From the NCBI RefSeq assembly GCF_009914755.1, contig NC_060944.1: a DNA stretch of 64,000 bases; one strand, written 5' to 3'. This DNA is from the human T2T-CHM13v2.0 reference genome, Homo sapiens. Positions 46,194 through 61,192 of this stretch are shown piece after piece. The notes under the pieces are model-generated. The model saw only the letters and a program-made list of their open reading frames with translations. It searched no databases and was not told where the DNA came from. A program made the position numbers and the translations under genes. Every line of letters begins with the position of its first letter. The first letter of the stretch is position 1.

Positions 46194-46800
46194 TGAGCCA
46201 CCGTGCCTGGCCAATTCAAAAGTTTTGACAAAAATAGATTCCAGGCTGCTATTGAAAAATCGAAAAAATTGACAACATTGAGCCCTGATTCCTAGCAAGC
46301 AAAAGCTGACAGGAACCAAGTTTAGGTACTAGATGCCTCCTTTTGCCAGAGCATGCATTTGCCAGTTTTCCTGTCCTTCCCCTTCCCTATTGTTCCCCTG
46401 AAACTGAGGCTAAGGTTTATTATACATGTGCTGCTGTTTTCTTATAGGGAAGTGGAAAGGGAACTATTTCTTATCTTTATCATATATTTTCTTTCATGTG
46501 GTCCACTTATTTACATTCCGTGCCTAGATCCTGCCAATTTTTGAGCTTGCAGCTCCTGGTGTAGAGGAAAGAGGCCTGGACCTTAAGTCGTGGTCCCTGC
46601 TCTGCTGTGGTAACCCACCCTGTGATGCCAAGCATAGCTAATAGCCTCTTTGGATCTCAGAGTTAAGAGACTAAATTGGATGTTCTTTTAAGAGTTCTGA
46701 TATCCTGGCCGGGCGCGGTGGCTCACACCTGTAATCCCAGCACTTTGGGAGGCCGAGGCGGGTGGATCACAAGGTCAAGAGATTGAGACCATCCTGGCTA

Positions 46801-47103
<303 letters not shown>

Positions 47104-47792
47104 TCAGAGAAAGAAGACACTGGAATGAGTAAGGTGCTTATATCAATAATGTATAACTTGAGCCCATAGCCAAGGAGAGGAATGCACACTGTGGTGTGTG
47201 TGTGTGTGTGTGTTTCACGGTTGGAAGTGGGCTCAAATAAGTTGTACTTGCATAGGTTGTGCTTATTTCTTCTTGTGCACTCTCTATGTACTAGGCTGTA
47301 CTTGAGGTGCTAGGGATGTAGCAGTGAAGAAAACAAATAAGATCTCTGCTGTCAGCTGGGTGCAGTGGCTCACGCCTGTAATCCCAGCACTTTGGGAGGC
47401 CGAGGCAGGCGGATCACCTGAGGTCAGGGGTGTGAGACCAGCCTGGCCAACATCTTGAAACCCCGTCTCTACTAAAAATACAAAAATTAGCCAGGTGTGA
47501 TGGTGGGTGCCTGTAATCCCAACTACCTGGGAGGCTGAGGCAGGGAGAATTGCTTGAACCCTGGAGGCGGAGGTTGCAGTGAGCCGAGATCGCACTATTG
47601 CACTCCAGCCTGGGTGACAGAGCGAGACTCCATCTCAAAAAAAAAAAAAAAAAAAAAGATCTCTGCTATCATGGAGCTTATATTCCAGTGAAGAAAACAG
47701 ATAATATATAAGTAATTAACATACATGAGATAATTTCAAATAATGGAACGTTTCATGAAAAAAATAAAACAGAATGTGTTTTTTTTTTTTGA

Positions 47793-47894
<102 letters not shown>

Positions 47895-49219
47895 TGAGTA
47901 GCTGGGTTTACAGGCATGCGCCACCATGCCCGGCTAATTTTTGTCTTTTTAGTAGAGTTGGGGCTTCGCCATGTTGGCCAGGCCGGTCTCAAACTCCTGG
48001 CCTCAAGTGATCTACCCACCTCAGCCTCCCAAAGTGTGGGATTACATGTGTGGCACCTGGCAAAACAGAATGATTTGATAGAGAGTTTCTGAAGGGGCAC
48101 ACTGTGCACATAGGTGGCTACATGTATATGGTGGTTGTACTTGCAGATACAGATAAGTCCATGTTTGAATCCTGGGTGCATATATTTATCCTTGTTTGTG
48201 CCTATGTGTGCAGATGGGCAGCTTTTATGCCTAGAATGTTTGTATATTTATATGTGATTTTATACAAGTGAGCGCACATAGGTGAGTTGGTATGTGGTTT
48301 GCATATGGGGACACATGTGCTTGGGTATGTATATGTTGGCATTCAGCCATAACCGGAGACGTTCTGAAGTTCCTGTGGCACTTGTCAGTGAGCCAGTTAA
48401 GGAAATGGCTTTTCTGCCTCTGGCATTCAGGGCCGTTTGCCAGCTTCCTCTCTCCCTGTTCTTTCCCACTTTAGTAAGCTCCCTGTGTTTGGCTTCTCTC
48501 ATCCCTAGGAGGGTTAAAGCCTACTGACTCATCGAGCCAGGAACTGGAAAAAGGCTGATAATCTTCTGTGTGACCTCTGTTAGTAAGAAAAGGCCTGGCT
48601 TCCCTGCCAGTCCCTGTCCTTCACACTATGAGGGAGAGTCCTGACTTGAAATCAGAAGACCTGAGCATCTATTCTTGGCTCTGCCACTTATTATTGTGTG
48701 ACCAATAATCTCTCTAGGTTTCAGTTACCTCCTTCATAAGTGCTCTGTGCAGTAAGGAAGGAGAGGGGAAGCAATGGTCTGTGGTGCTAAGGGAGAGCCA
48801 GATGGTGCTGGTGTCTGAAGGAGGAGGGAGAATATTCTGAGCAGGGGCAATGATGTGGCCAAAAGCGTGGAGGTGGACCTGAACTTGCCAAGGGAAACCA
48901 GGGATCCACTTACAGTAAAATTCAAACTTCTTACTATTGCCTACAAGGCTCTACGTGATTTGGCTGCTGCCTACCTCTCATTCTTACCCAACTTCTTGCT
49001 CACTGAAATCTAGCCATACTGTCTTTCTTTCTTTCTTTGAAAAGGTCTCAGTGCCTTTTCACTTGATGCTCCTTTTCCCCAGAATACTCTTCCCAAGAAT
49101 TAGTATGATTGCCTACCTCTCATTATTCAGGTCTTGGCTCAAATATCACCTCTCCAGAGAGAGGCCTTCCAGGACCATCTTATTTAAAGTAGTTGTTCCC
49201 TAATATTTATCAATATTTA

Positions 49220-49573
<354 letters not shown>

Positions 49574-49936
49574 TCATCCTACAGATATACTTGCAGGTGA
49601 GTAAAGTGACATAAAAATAAAAATATTCATTGAAGCATTTATTTGTTAAATAAATTACAGTACATACAAATAGTGGAATATTTTGCAGCTGAGAAAGATA
49701 ATGAAATAGCTCTTTAAGCTTGGCACCGTGGCTCACACCTGTAATCCCAACACTTTGGAAGGAAGGCTGAGGCAGGAGGATTGGAGGATCACTTGAGGCC
49801 AGGAGTTCCAGACTAGCCTGAGCAACATAGTAGGATCCTGTCTTTGCAAAAAAAAAAAAAAAAAAAAAAAGGTAGCCAGACATGGTGACTCTGGCCTGTA
49901 GTCCCAACTGCTCAAGAGGCAGAGGTGGGAGGATCA

Positions 49937-50149
<213 letters not shown>

Positions 50150-50268
50150 TTATTGAATGCATATAATAATTAACAAAAGATACAGAATAGTGTGTATTGT
50201 ATGCCATCATTTGTGTAGAAAAAATGAGACTATGTAAACAAATGCATGTAGTATATATGCTTGTCTGA

Positions 50269-50847
<579 letters not shown>

Positions 50848-51643
50848 TGATATCTCAAGGGTCTTATTAAAGATCATAATGATACAGACTTCTTGCAAAG
50901 TAATTATTTTGGTCATTCCACACTAGTTGAATTACCCTAGCCCTGTGTCCTACAAAGAATGGTCCTGTCTGAATATTGATTGTTTCTGGAAAGTCACACA
51001 GAATATTGGTAACTGTTTTGCCCTGGGCATGGTGGCTCACGCCTGTAATCCCAGCACTTTGAGAGGCTGAAGCAGTTTTGCTTGAGGCCAGGAGTTTGGA
51101 GACCACCCTGGACAATATATCGAGACTCTGCCTCTATGAAAAATTTTAAAATAAAAAAATTAGCCAGGTGTGGTAGCATGTGCCCGTAGTCCCAGCTACT
51201 CAGGAGGCTGAAGTAAGAGGATTGCTTGAGCCCAGGAGTTGGAGGCTGCAGTGAGCTATGATTGTGCCTCTGTACTCCAGCCTATCAATAGAGTGAGACC
51301 CTGTCTCTAAAAAACAAATCACAAAACCCAAACTGTGGTTTGCCAGTAGGCAGGGTGATTGGGAGATAGGAGTGGGGAGAACACTTCTCATTATGTATCT
51401 TTTTATGTAGTCCCACTTGTATGTATTACTTATTCAAAAAAATCATAAAATTGGAAAAAAACCACTAAGGGAAACATTTATTTATTTATTTTTTGAGACA
51501 GGGACTCACTCTGTTGTCCAGGCTGGAGTTCAGTGACATGATTACAGCTCACTGCAGGCTTGACCTCCAGGGTACAAGCGATCTTCCTGCCTCAACCTCC
51601 TGAGTAGCTGAGACTACAGGTGTGCACCACCATGCTCAGCTAA

Positions 51644-51811
<168 letters not shown>

Positions 51812-51860
51812 TAGGTGCATGACACCACACTCAGCTAAAATTTTTTTTTTTTTTTTTTGA

Positions 51861-52160
<300 letters not shown>

Positions 52161-52360
52161 TAGAGATGCGGTCTTGCTATGTTGCCAGGCTGGTCTTGAA
52201 CTCTTGGCCTCAATAGATGGGCCCACTTTGGCCTCCTAAAGTGTTAGAATTACAGGTGTGAGCCACCGTGCCTGACCCAAGATAGTATATTTTTTAAAAG
52301 TATTTCTCCCTAGTCACTCATTTTTATATCATTCTGCTCTATTTATAATGCTTATCATAA

Positions 52361-52807
<447 letters not shown>

Positions 52808-52874
52808 TAGTAGTTGTTGAATAAGCAAATGAATACATGAAGGAATGACTGAAGTAAACCAGGCTAAAGCCTAG

Positions 52875-53276
<402 letters not shown>

Positions 53277-53749
53277 TAATAAAGAAGCAGATCCTTGGAC
53301 CCTGTGATTCTAATTCAGTATGTTTGAGCTGGGGCCCAGGAATCTACAAATCCTCTAGATGATTTAGGCACAAGTGATCTGGAGACCCTACTCTGAATAA
53401 TGCAGTCTTGATGCCTCATCAGAAGGAATCACATCTGTGATTTCACTTCTCCTTAATACATTACTAGGATGGAAGAGAAGGGGCCGTCACTCCATTTCAT
53501 CAAGGATCAGAGATGGACAGTGCATTTTCTAATGACATACAACATGTGTATAAAATATCTTGAATGGCCAAAGTATCTGACCCGTCAGCTCAAGATTGGT
53601 GATGGCAAGATTGATGGTGGGCAGATAGCTCATCCTCATAGAACAGTTCCAGGCCTTAGTGTCACTGAATGGATTTTATGACTCTGCCTGTTTCTTGTTT
53701 GGGGAAGAAGTTATACCCCTAATCACTGGTTCTTTCTGGTATGTCTCAG

Positions 53750-53841
53750 GGAGGGCAATGAGCCAGGGGAGACCACTCAGATCACATACCATCAGCTTCT
53801 GGTCCAAGTGTGTCAGTTCAGCAATGTTCTCCGAAAACAGG
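53750..53841 (+). CDS. ACSS2: ACSS2 exon 3 (92 nt; EGNEPGETTQITYHQLLVQVCQFSNVLRKQ)
   Basis: Acceptor tctcag|, donor AGG|GTGAGT; follows the 30.1-kb intron 2. Confidence 0.97.
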
Positions 53842-54046
53842 GTGAGTGTGGGGGTGTGGGAAAGGACTGGGGGTCTGGCCTTGGGGTATCTGAGTATCTG
53901 AGACTTATGGGGAGAGGGCAAGGGATGGAAAGAATTTGGTAACAGAGGAAGAGAACAGGTCAGCTGGGAGGGAGGCCAGCTGGATGGGAGGGAGCAAGTA
54001 GCAGCAAGAAGGGTTCATGGTTCATATTCTGTGCTTTTACCTGCAG

Positions 54047-54150
54047 GCATTCAGAAGGGGGACCGAGTGGCCATCTACATGCCTATGATCCCAGAGCTTG
54101 TGGTGGCCATGCTGGCATGTGCCCGCATTGGGGCTTTGCACTCCATTGTG
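54047..54150 (+). CDS. ACSS2: ACSS2 exon 4 (104 nt; [35 protein letters not shown])
   Basis: Acceptor ctgcag|, donor GTG|GTAGGA; classic ACS motif. Confidence 0.97.
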
Positions 54151-54406
54151 GTAGGAGTTTGGGCTGGTGAAAAGGGGCAGGCGGGGGGGTGGGGCTCTGG
54201 AGAAGTAGGTTGGGCCTAGATGATGGAGGGTCTTAAATAACAAACTAAGGAGCTTAGAAGGTTTGTGTCATAGGTCCATATTAGTTATTCAGTTTCTTCT
54301 AGGACCCTGGCTTAGAGATCCTGAAAGTTCCATGAGCAACCCCTTTCTTCATTCACTCAATCCCTGGGGCTTTCTTCTCTCCCTCAGACTTTCTTCCCTT
54401 CCCTAG

Positions 54407-54479
54407 TTTGCAGGCTTCTCTTCAGAGTCTCTATGTGAACGGATCTTGGATTCCAGCTGCAGTCTTCTCATCACTACAG
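54407..54479 (+). CDS. ACSS2: ACSS2 exon 5 (73 nt; FAGFSSESLCERILDSSCSLLITT)
   Basis: Acceptor ccctag|, donor CAG|GTGACT. Confidence 0.96.
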
Positions 54480-54749
54480 GTGACTAATTCTCTCACCTCT
54501 TCTCCAGAACCCCCCATACCTCAAGCCTTGGTCTCCAATCAGCTCATTGGTATTTGGGGCTACTCAGCATAGAGGGTAGAGACTGCCTGCCTTTTCTCTC
54601 CTGGTCCCACCTCAGCTGACCCTCTGTCAGCTCGAATCAGCTGGAAGAGCCAGAGTTAAGAGGCCTACTCAGGAAGGGCCCTATGGACATTGTGCCCACT
54701 AGGCAGCATGGGGCTTACTAAGGCCTGGAATGTCTGTTGCTCCCCAAAG

Positions 54750-54825
54750 ATGCCTTCTACAGGGGGGAAAAGCTTGTGAACCTGAAGGAGCTGGCTGACG
54801 AGGCCCTGCAGAAGTGTCAGGAGAA
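54750..54825 (+). CDS. ACSS2: ACSS2 exon 6 (76 nt; DAFYRGEKLVNLKELADEALQKCQE)
   Basis: Acceptor ccccaaag| (AAG type), donor GAA|GTAAGT; required for frame. Confidence 0.95.
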
Positions 54826-54976
54826 GTAAGTGTGTTTGGCTACTGTCTGAGTTGACTGAGCCTTTCCCCAGTGCCAGGTTCCCTTTGTCCCCTCTACCCT
54901 AAATGGACATGGGTGGGTCTTGCCAAGTTCCCTTTGAGCCAACAAGGCTACCACTTTAGGCTTTTCTCTTCTCCAG

Positions 54977-55091
54977 GGGTTTCCCAGTAAGATGCTGCAT
55001 TGTGGTCAAGCACCTGGGGCGGGCAGAGCTCGGCATGGGTGACTCCACCAGCCAGTCCCCCCCAATTAAGAGGTCATGCCCAGATGTGCAG
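54977..55091 (+). CDS. ACSS2: ACSS2 exon 7 (115 nt; KGFPVRCCIVVKHLGRAELGMGDSTSQSPPIKRSCPDVQ)
   Basis: Acceptor ctccag|, donor CAG|GTGAGT; cumulative 834 nt. Confidence 0.97.
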
Positions 55092-55871
55092 GTGAGTCTG
55101 GCACTGCTATGCCTTTCTCCAGGCTCAAATTCCTTCACTTTTCCTGCCTAGAAAATTCTTGATGTCCTTCTTTGCCTGCTCATCAGTATACTGAGGATCC
55201 AGGAGCAATTCTAGGAATGCCTCCTCTAGCAGGGCTAGGTGGGAACTGGAAGACTTTGACCTTGACTGTGGGTAGAGAGGCCCTTGTACCTTGAGAACAT
55301 AGCACAAGCGATTGTAAGGGAGACTCCTATGCTGGTTGGGGTATCCTTGTGGGCACAGGGGATCCTCAGGGCCTAGGCTTGTGTTAGAAATGTCTAACTT
55401 GAGTGACAATATATAGTCATCTCCATTACTAGGCTGTGATGTGGGGTGGGCTATCTTTGTGGCCTAAGGGATGCCCACCTTGGAAGGACCAGAGTCCAGC
55501 CCTCACAATATGGCCTTTGTTAGCTTTGGACCCCCAGGCTTCTGGTGGGAATGGTAGAAATGCCCAGTGATGGCCTCCAGGCTGAGCAGCATGAGGGATC
55601 AAAGTTCTGGGGTTGAGTAAGAGTCTGTGACTTGAGGCTCCCTGAGGGGTCTTAGGGCTAGAGAGGCTGTAGTCTAGTTTAGGGAAGTTGGAAAGCCCAA
55701 TCAGTGTTAGGGGTTTTACATATATAGGGGCTGGAATCAGGATCAGGAAAATGGAAGCTGGGAGGACCAGTGAGAAGGGAGTTTGGGGTTTATGACACAC
55801 TGACCCTTTCCTCCCACTCCCTGTATACTTGGACCCTCCTCACTACCCTTTTCATCCTGGGCTCTTAACAG

Positions 55872-55910
55872 GGTAAACTGAAAGAGAAATCCAAGCGTGT
55901 TCAGCCCCAG
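55872..55910 (+). CDS. ACSS2: ACSS2 39-nt alternative cassette exon (GKLKEKSKRVQPQ)
   Basis: ttaacag|...CAG|gtatcc; phase 0-0 and stop-free; agrees with my recollection of a 13-aa longer ACSS2 isoform. Confidence 0.85.
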
Positions 55911-58389
55911 GTATCCATTTCTGCACTGCCGTGGGCACCGCTTCTCTGTTTGCTTGTCTGTGTGCTCATCTGCCCTTTGCCTGTTTGCCCCATTGAGGTG
56001 GCTGCCAGACCTAACCTCCTTCCCCTTGCCCCTGGGCAACTTGACATCTAAGCCACTGAAGGGTGGTGAAATTAAATGTCCGTTACTGCCTCTGTGAATT
56101 GGTATAGAGTATGGATCTTAGAGAGGTAACAGCAGAACACATTTTATCCTGATACTCAGGACCTTTGTGGGAGAGGGGACAAGGTAACCTGTCAGAAAAC
56201 ATTTACTGTGCAGGTAGCTGGAGCAGAGCCGAGAGACAGGAGGAGGAGGAGGTGGAGGAGGTTCAGACCCTGACTTTGGGAATTCACTGTCAAGTTGGGG
56301 AGTTAGACATGTATTATTAATACAAAGGAAAATCTAAGTTTTATACAGGACAGCAGAGGAGATTCCTAAATACATTTATATAGTGCTTTGGGATTTATAA
56401 ACTGCATATAACTTTGTAATATGATTAAGTGCTAAACTGAACAAAAGTCATATTGTAGGTGGTTCTAAGAAGGGAGATCCATAAGGGGGTGCTCAAAGCA
56501 GATTAGTATCGAGGAAAGAGTGGGCCTGAAGTCCAGAGACCAATTTTTAGCTGTATGACCTTGAGTAAGTCAATTCTCCCCTCTGGGATTCAGTTTCCTT
56601 ATCAGTAATGGAGAGATGATAACACATGTTATAAAAGGAAACAGCTTCCCTTCCTAAAACAACACATAAAGCTCACTATTCCTCTGGATTTTACCATCTT
56701 CACAGGGTGTCTTACTCTAAATCTGCTATGATTAACCTCTTAGGCCAATGGTAGATATAAGCCCCTTTTCTCTATTCTCATTAGCATGGCGGAGACAGAT
56801 CTGATTCCTAGGGCATACTGCTTTCCTTTTAAAACTCAGGCAGGACCTACACCCTTTCTTTTGAAAGAGGTGACAAACTTAGTGGCTTAAATTGTAATCT
56901 CTGGAGCCAGATTACTTGGGTTCAAATCCTGGCTCTGCCATCTGCTGCTGTGTAAACTTGAACAAATTACTTAAGCTCTCTCGCTTGTTTCTCCATCTGT
57001 AAGATAAGGATAATAATTATACCTATGTTATCGGGTTTTGTCAATATATGTAAGGTGTTTGGCACATAGTAACTACTCAATAAATGTTAGCTGTTTTTTC
57101 CTTCCCCTTAATGCAACAGACAGATTGGCATTTCTAAAACAGAGACCAGAAAAGAAATAACAAACTCTTGTAATTCTTAATACCAGAGACCTTCAGGCCA
57201 AAGGCTACTGGATTTTTGTTTCTTGGAGGTGAAAATAACCAGTTTCCAAAATACCAAAGAGCATAAAAATAGGCTTAAAAAGTCCAGGTTGTTGGTCTGA
57301 GAATTGCAGTCAAAGCTGCAAAAATCTTTCTGACAATGGGCCCCATATTTAAAAATTAAAAAATAGTTTTCAAAAGAGCTGCAAAAATCCTGGCAGGGCT
57401 CCAAACCCCTTTATCCTTAAACAATCTTCCAGGGAGATCCTGGCAGGGTTTGCAGGGACCCTCCTCAACCATATCGTCTATGAGCTCCCTCATATTCCTC
57501 TCCCGTACATGGCAGCTGCCCTCCTTGAGACTATCCTGGTCCAAGGACAAAGGCCAACTCCTCAATTCTTATTTTAGAAAATTCAGACCTTTTCCTGGTG
57601 CAGAGCCTGGGGCCTCATAGGCACACACCTAATTCACAATCAAAGGTTGCTTTGCTAATTGAGTTCACTCTGCTTCCTGGTGCTAGTTATCAGTTCCACA
57701 CCTGGAGTACTCTGACCCCTCCACCTCTATATACACACCCACCCACAAAAGAAATAATAAGATTATAAGAGTGCCCTCATTGCAGAGCCACAGTTGTAAC
57801 TATGCCTTGTCCTTACATGTACTTAGTGCCTGTTCTGTGGCAGTTCACAGTGCTGTAGACCAGCACCATTTGTCCAAAGCAGTATTGATACTTCTGGTTG
57901 AATACCTTAGTGCCCCCATCTCAAGTGATCATTTGGCAGGAAAAAAAGTACCCATGTGACAATGTATGTGTAGATGCATATGGATAGACCAAATCAGGTG
58001 TGTTCTTATGTTTTCTAACCGTAGGCAGCTTTCTCTCTCTTCTTCCTTTTTCTAGGCTTGTCGTTTTTATGATGTTGATAATCCAGAAATTTCAAATTCT
58101 CTACCATAAGGGGCAGGTGGTACAGAAAGAACGGAGTGGTTAGAGAGTCATTTTCTAATTTATCAAGCTATATATCTAACACTCCAGAAGTTTTTTTAAC
58201 CAAATATGCACACAACAAATTAGCATATATCCTTATAATGGGAGAATGGCATTTATCTTACACCATCATGTCTACCTGCCAGCCAGGGCCATTGAACATA
58301 CAAGAATCTAATTAATATGAAAGGACTTTGTGACAGCTAAAGCAAACCCCAAACAGTTCCTATCATCACACTCTTAAGTTTTTGTGGGT

Positions 58390-58710
58390 TTTTTTTGTTG
58401 TTTTTGTTTTTGTTTTTGTTTTTTGAGATGGAGTCTCACTCTGTCGCTCAGGCTGAAGTACAGTGGTACGATCTCGGCTTACTGCAACTTCTGCTTCCTG
58501 GTTTCAAGTGATTCTCCTGCCTCACCCTCCCAAGTAGCTGGGATTACAGGTGTCTACCACCACGCCTGGCTACTTTTTGTATTTTTAGTAGAGATGAGGT
58601 TTCACCATGTTGGCCAGGCTGGTCTTGAACTCACTCCTCACCTCAGGTGATCTGCCCACTTTGGCCTCCCAAAGTGCTGGGATTACAGGCGTGAGCCACC
58701 GCGCCCAGCC
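58390..58710 (-). mobile_element. AluS in ACSS2 intron 7
   Basis: Antisense Alu; TSD cacactcttaagttt on both sides. Confidence 0.9.
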
Positions 58711-60088
58711 CCACACTCTTAAGTTTAACTCCCAGTAGTCACTGAACTAACCTCTGTCTCTCCTGACATTCATCAGTCTTCCTCATCTCACCCCAACCTC
58801 TACCCTTGGGGCAATCCAAGGCTTGATGTTTACTAGATAATACTTTTTTCTTTTGGTGTTTACCACATCCTGTGAGTCTGTTAAGGCAAGAATGACTGTC
58901 CTCATTTGTAAAAGGAGAGACTTAAGGTAAAGTGATTTGCCCAAGGTCATATAGCTAGGAAGTGGCAGAACTGGTATTGAAGTACACTGAAGATTTTGGA
59001 CAAATTCAAGGGATCTAACTTCATTCAGCAGATGGTAGACTCAAAATTGGTGTTCAAAGAGGTGATATAGACAGAAAAGTAAAACAGTTTCAAAGGAGAA
59101 TTTAGAGAAGTTTCAGGATGACAGATCCAGAAGTAATTATCAAAGGCATAGGGGGACATCCTTCTACTGGGAGAAGTCCACCTTGGTCCTTCTTCACCAA
59201 CTTGAAGCAAAGCTTCCTGCTGAATGGAACCTGTCCCCTCAAGCAAAAGTCTCTATGGGAAACCCTATTGGTACCAGTGGTGTAAAGGCAGGAGCAGAGC
59301 TAGGGTAGGAAACACGCAGATGTGGATTGGGTCTGGACATGTAGGCAAAAGTGCTTGGACCAAGATCTGTTGACTTATTTTACTACTAACAGGGTCAGGT
59401 GCCCACCTCACCTGTAAGCTCTGACTAATTTTGCATTTCTGAATTGTGTGGTGTCCGCATCCCTGCTAATGAGCCTAGTCCCATAAGTACATATGTATGT
59501 ATGTAGACCTGTGTGTGCATAGTCATTCATCCAACAAAAATTGACTGAGTGCCAGGCACTTTGCTAGGTGTTGGGAGATATGGCAGGGGTCGGGAGGAAA
59601 GACATTTCACCTCCTTCATAGATGTCGCTATCTAGATGGGGAGACAGTAATCAAGTAGACAACTAAACAAAATAACAGGAAATATGTACTGTGTGGGAAA
59701 GAAACATGGTGTTGTGATCAATAATAATAGCAGGGTTGGGGGTAGCAATCTATCAGATACTGTTCAGGTAAAGGCTTTCCAAGAAGGTGACATTTCAGCT
59801 CAGAATTGAAGGATGGGAAGGGACCAGCCAAGGGTTCCTCCTCAGCCTGAGGCCAGGTGAGAGGAGTTCTGGGGTAGAGATGGGGGTAGGATGGCAGGGT
59901 GGTTGGAGTACTCAGTAAGCTTGGGTTCTGCTCCTGTTCTTTCTGTTCCATTCCATCCTTGAAGGGCCTTCTCTCCCTTCCTGTACTCCTACCTGCCTGT
60001 CCCACCTCATTCCCTCCAGGGGCAAGGTACGGGTGTATCTTGTCCCCATCTTGAGCTGTTCACAGTTCTTCCCTGCCCATCCCTGCAG

Positions 60089-60226
60089 ATCTCATGGAAC
60101 CAAGGGATTGACTTGTGGTGGCATGAGCTCATGCAAGAGGCAGGGGATGAGTGTGAGCCCGAGTGGTGTGATGCCGAGGACCCACTCTTCATCCTGTACA
60201 CCAGTGGCTCCACAGGCAAACCCAAG
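60089..60226 (+). CDS. ACSS2: ACSS2 exon 8 (138 nt; [11 protein letters not shown]...[15 protein letters not shown]), AMP-binding signature, ends in a GC donor
   Basis: Acceptor ctgcag|; the only frame-preserving donor is AAG|GCAAGT. Confidence 0.95.

Positions 60227-60230
<4 letters not shown>

Positions 60231-60274
<44 letters not shown>
60231..60274 (+). repeat. (GT)22 microsatellite starting at +5 of ACSS2 intron 8
   Basis: Direct reading. Confidence 0.97.
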
Positions 60275-60276
<2 letters not shown>

Positions 60277-61192
60277 TATGTAGGGGTAAGAAGTAAGTTT
60301 CTGAGGAAACAAGTAATGAAATTATTTTTTTCCTACAACCCTGAGTTTTGGAAATGTAGCATTGTCTTTTCTAAATCAAATTAAGACATAAATCCTCAAT
60401 CTATAGGTGGTGAGGCCCAGGGTGAGACAGTTCAGGTGGAGGGTTTTCATACAGCTGACATGGATGTTCTTTCCCTATGCACCCATGGTTTGGTTGAAGG
60501 AGAGCTATTCTGTTAACTCAAGGCCAAGGGTGGGCACAGAGATCCCTCTCAGGCTTCTAAGACCATAACTCTTAGAGTTCAATTCCTTCCACCTGGCACA
60601 CTATTAACATGTAGTCCTCTGCCAGCACACACCATGGGAGCCGGAAACACTTAAGAAAACTGTTTCTTCCATTGACTTGAAAGCTATGTCACTCTACCTT
60701 CTGCCCACTCCACCCCTAAATTATCTCCATATGCTTTGGAATATCCCTCAATAAGTCTTTAGAAACACAATTTTGGCCTCTCTTTCATAGAGATGGGGGT
60801 AGGGATGGAATAAGCAAAGGGAATTATCTTTTTTTTCCCACTCACTCTGATGGTGTGTAATTGAGTGTGTGGGCACAAATACACAACAGAGGGACTATTA
60901 TGAGTGTGCTATGAGTGCTCATGTGTGAGTGATGTGGGTGGCTCTGAAATACCATCTGAGGGTGCTGGTATGAATGATGGCCTGATAGACATATGTGTCA
61001 TCAGGAGTGTGATAAAGGAGATGAGATGGGAGCATGGAGAAAAGGAGATGGAAGGGAGATGGATGCTGTGAAAAGGGTGCTGGCAGGGCTGGAATCCCTG
61101 AGGAGGATCTTCCTCCAGCTCTGCCCAGCCTCCATTTGGTGGTCAGTAGGGGTGGGCATAAGACCCTAACCTGTTCCCCATTCTTCCCACAG

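Noticed and set aside
48525-48531. Isolated AP-1 motifs (TGACTCA here and at 32066)
   Set aside because: Single 7-mers are expected by chance in 64 kb; no supporting cluster is visible
55911-55919. GTATCCATT donor resembling the U12 consensus GTATCCTTT
   Set aside because: Mismatch at +7, no TCCTTAAC branch site before exon 8, and that acceptor is shared with the U2-type exon 7 donor
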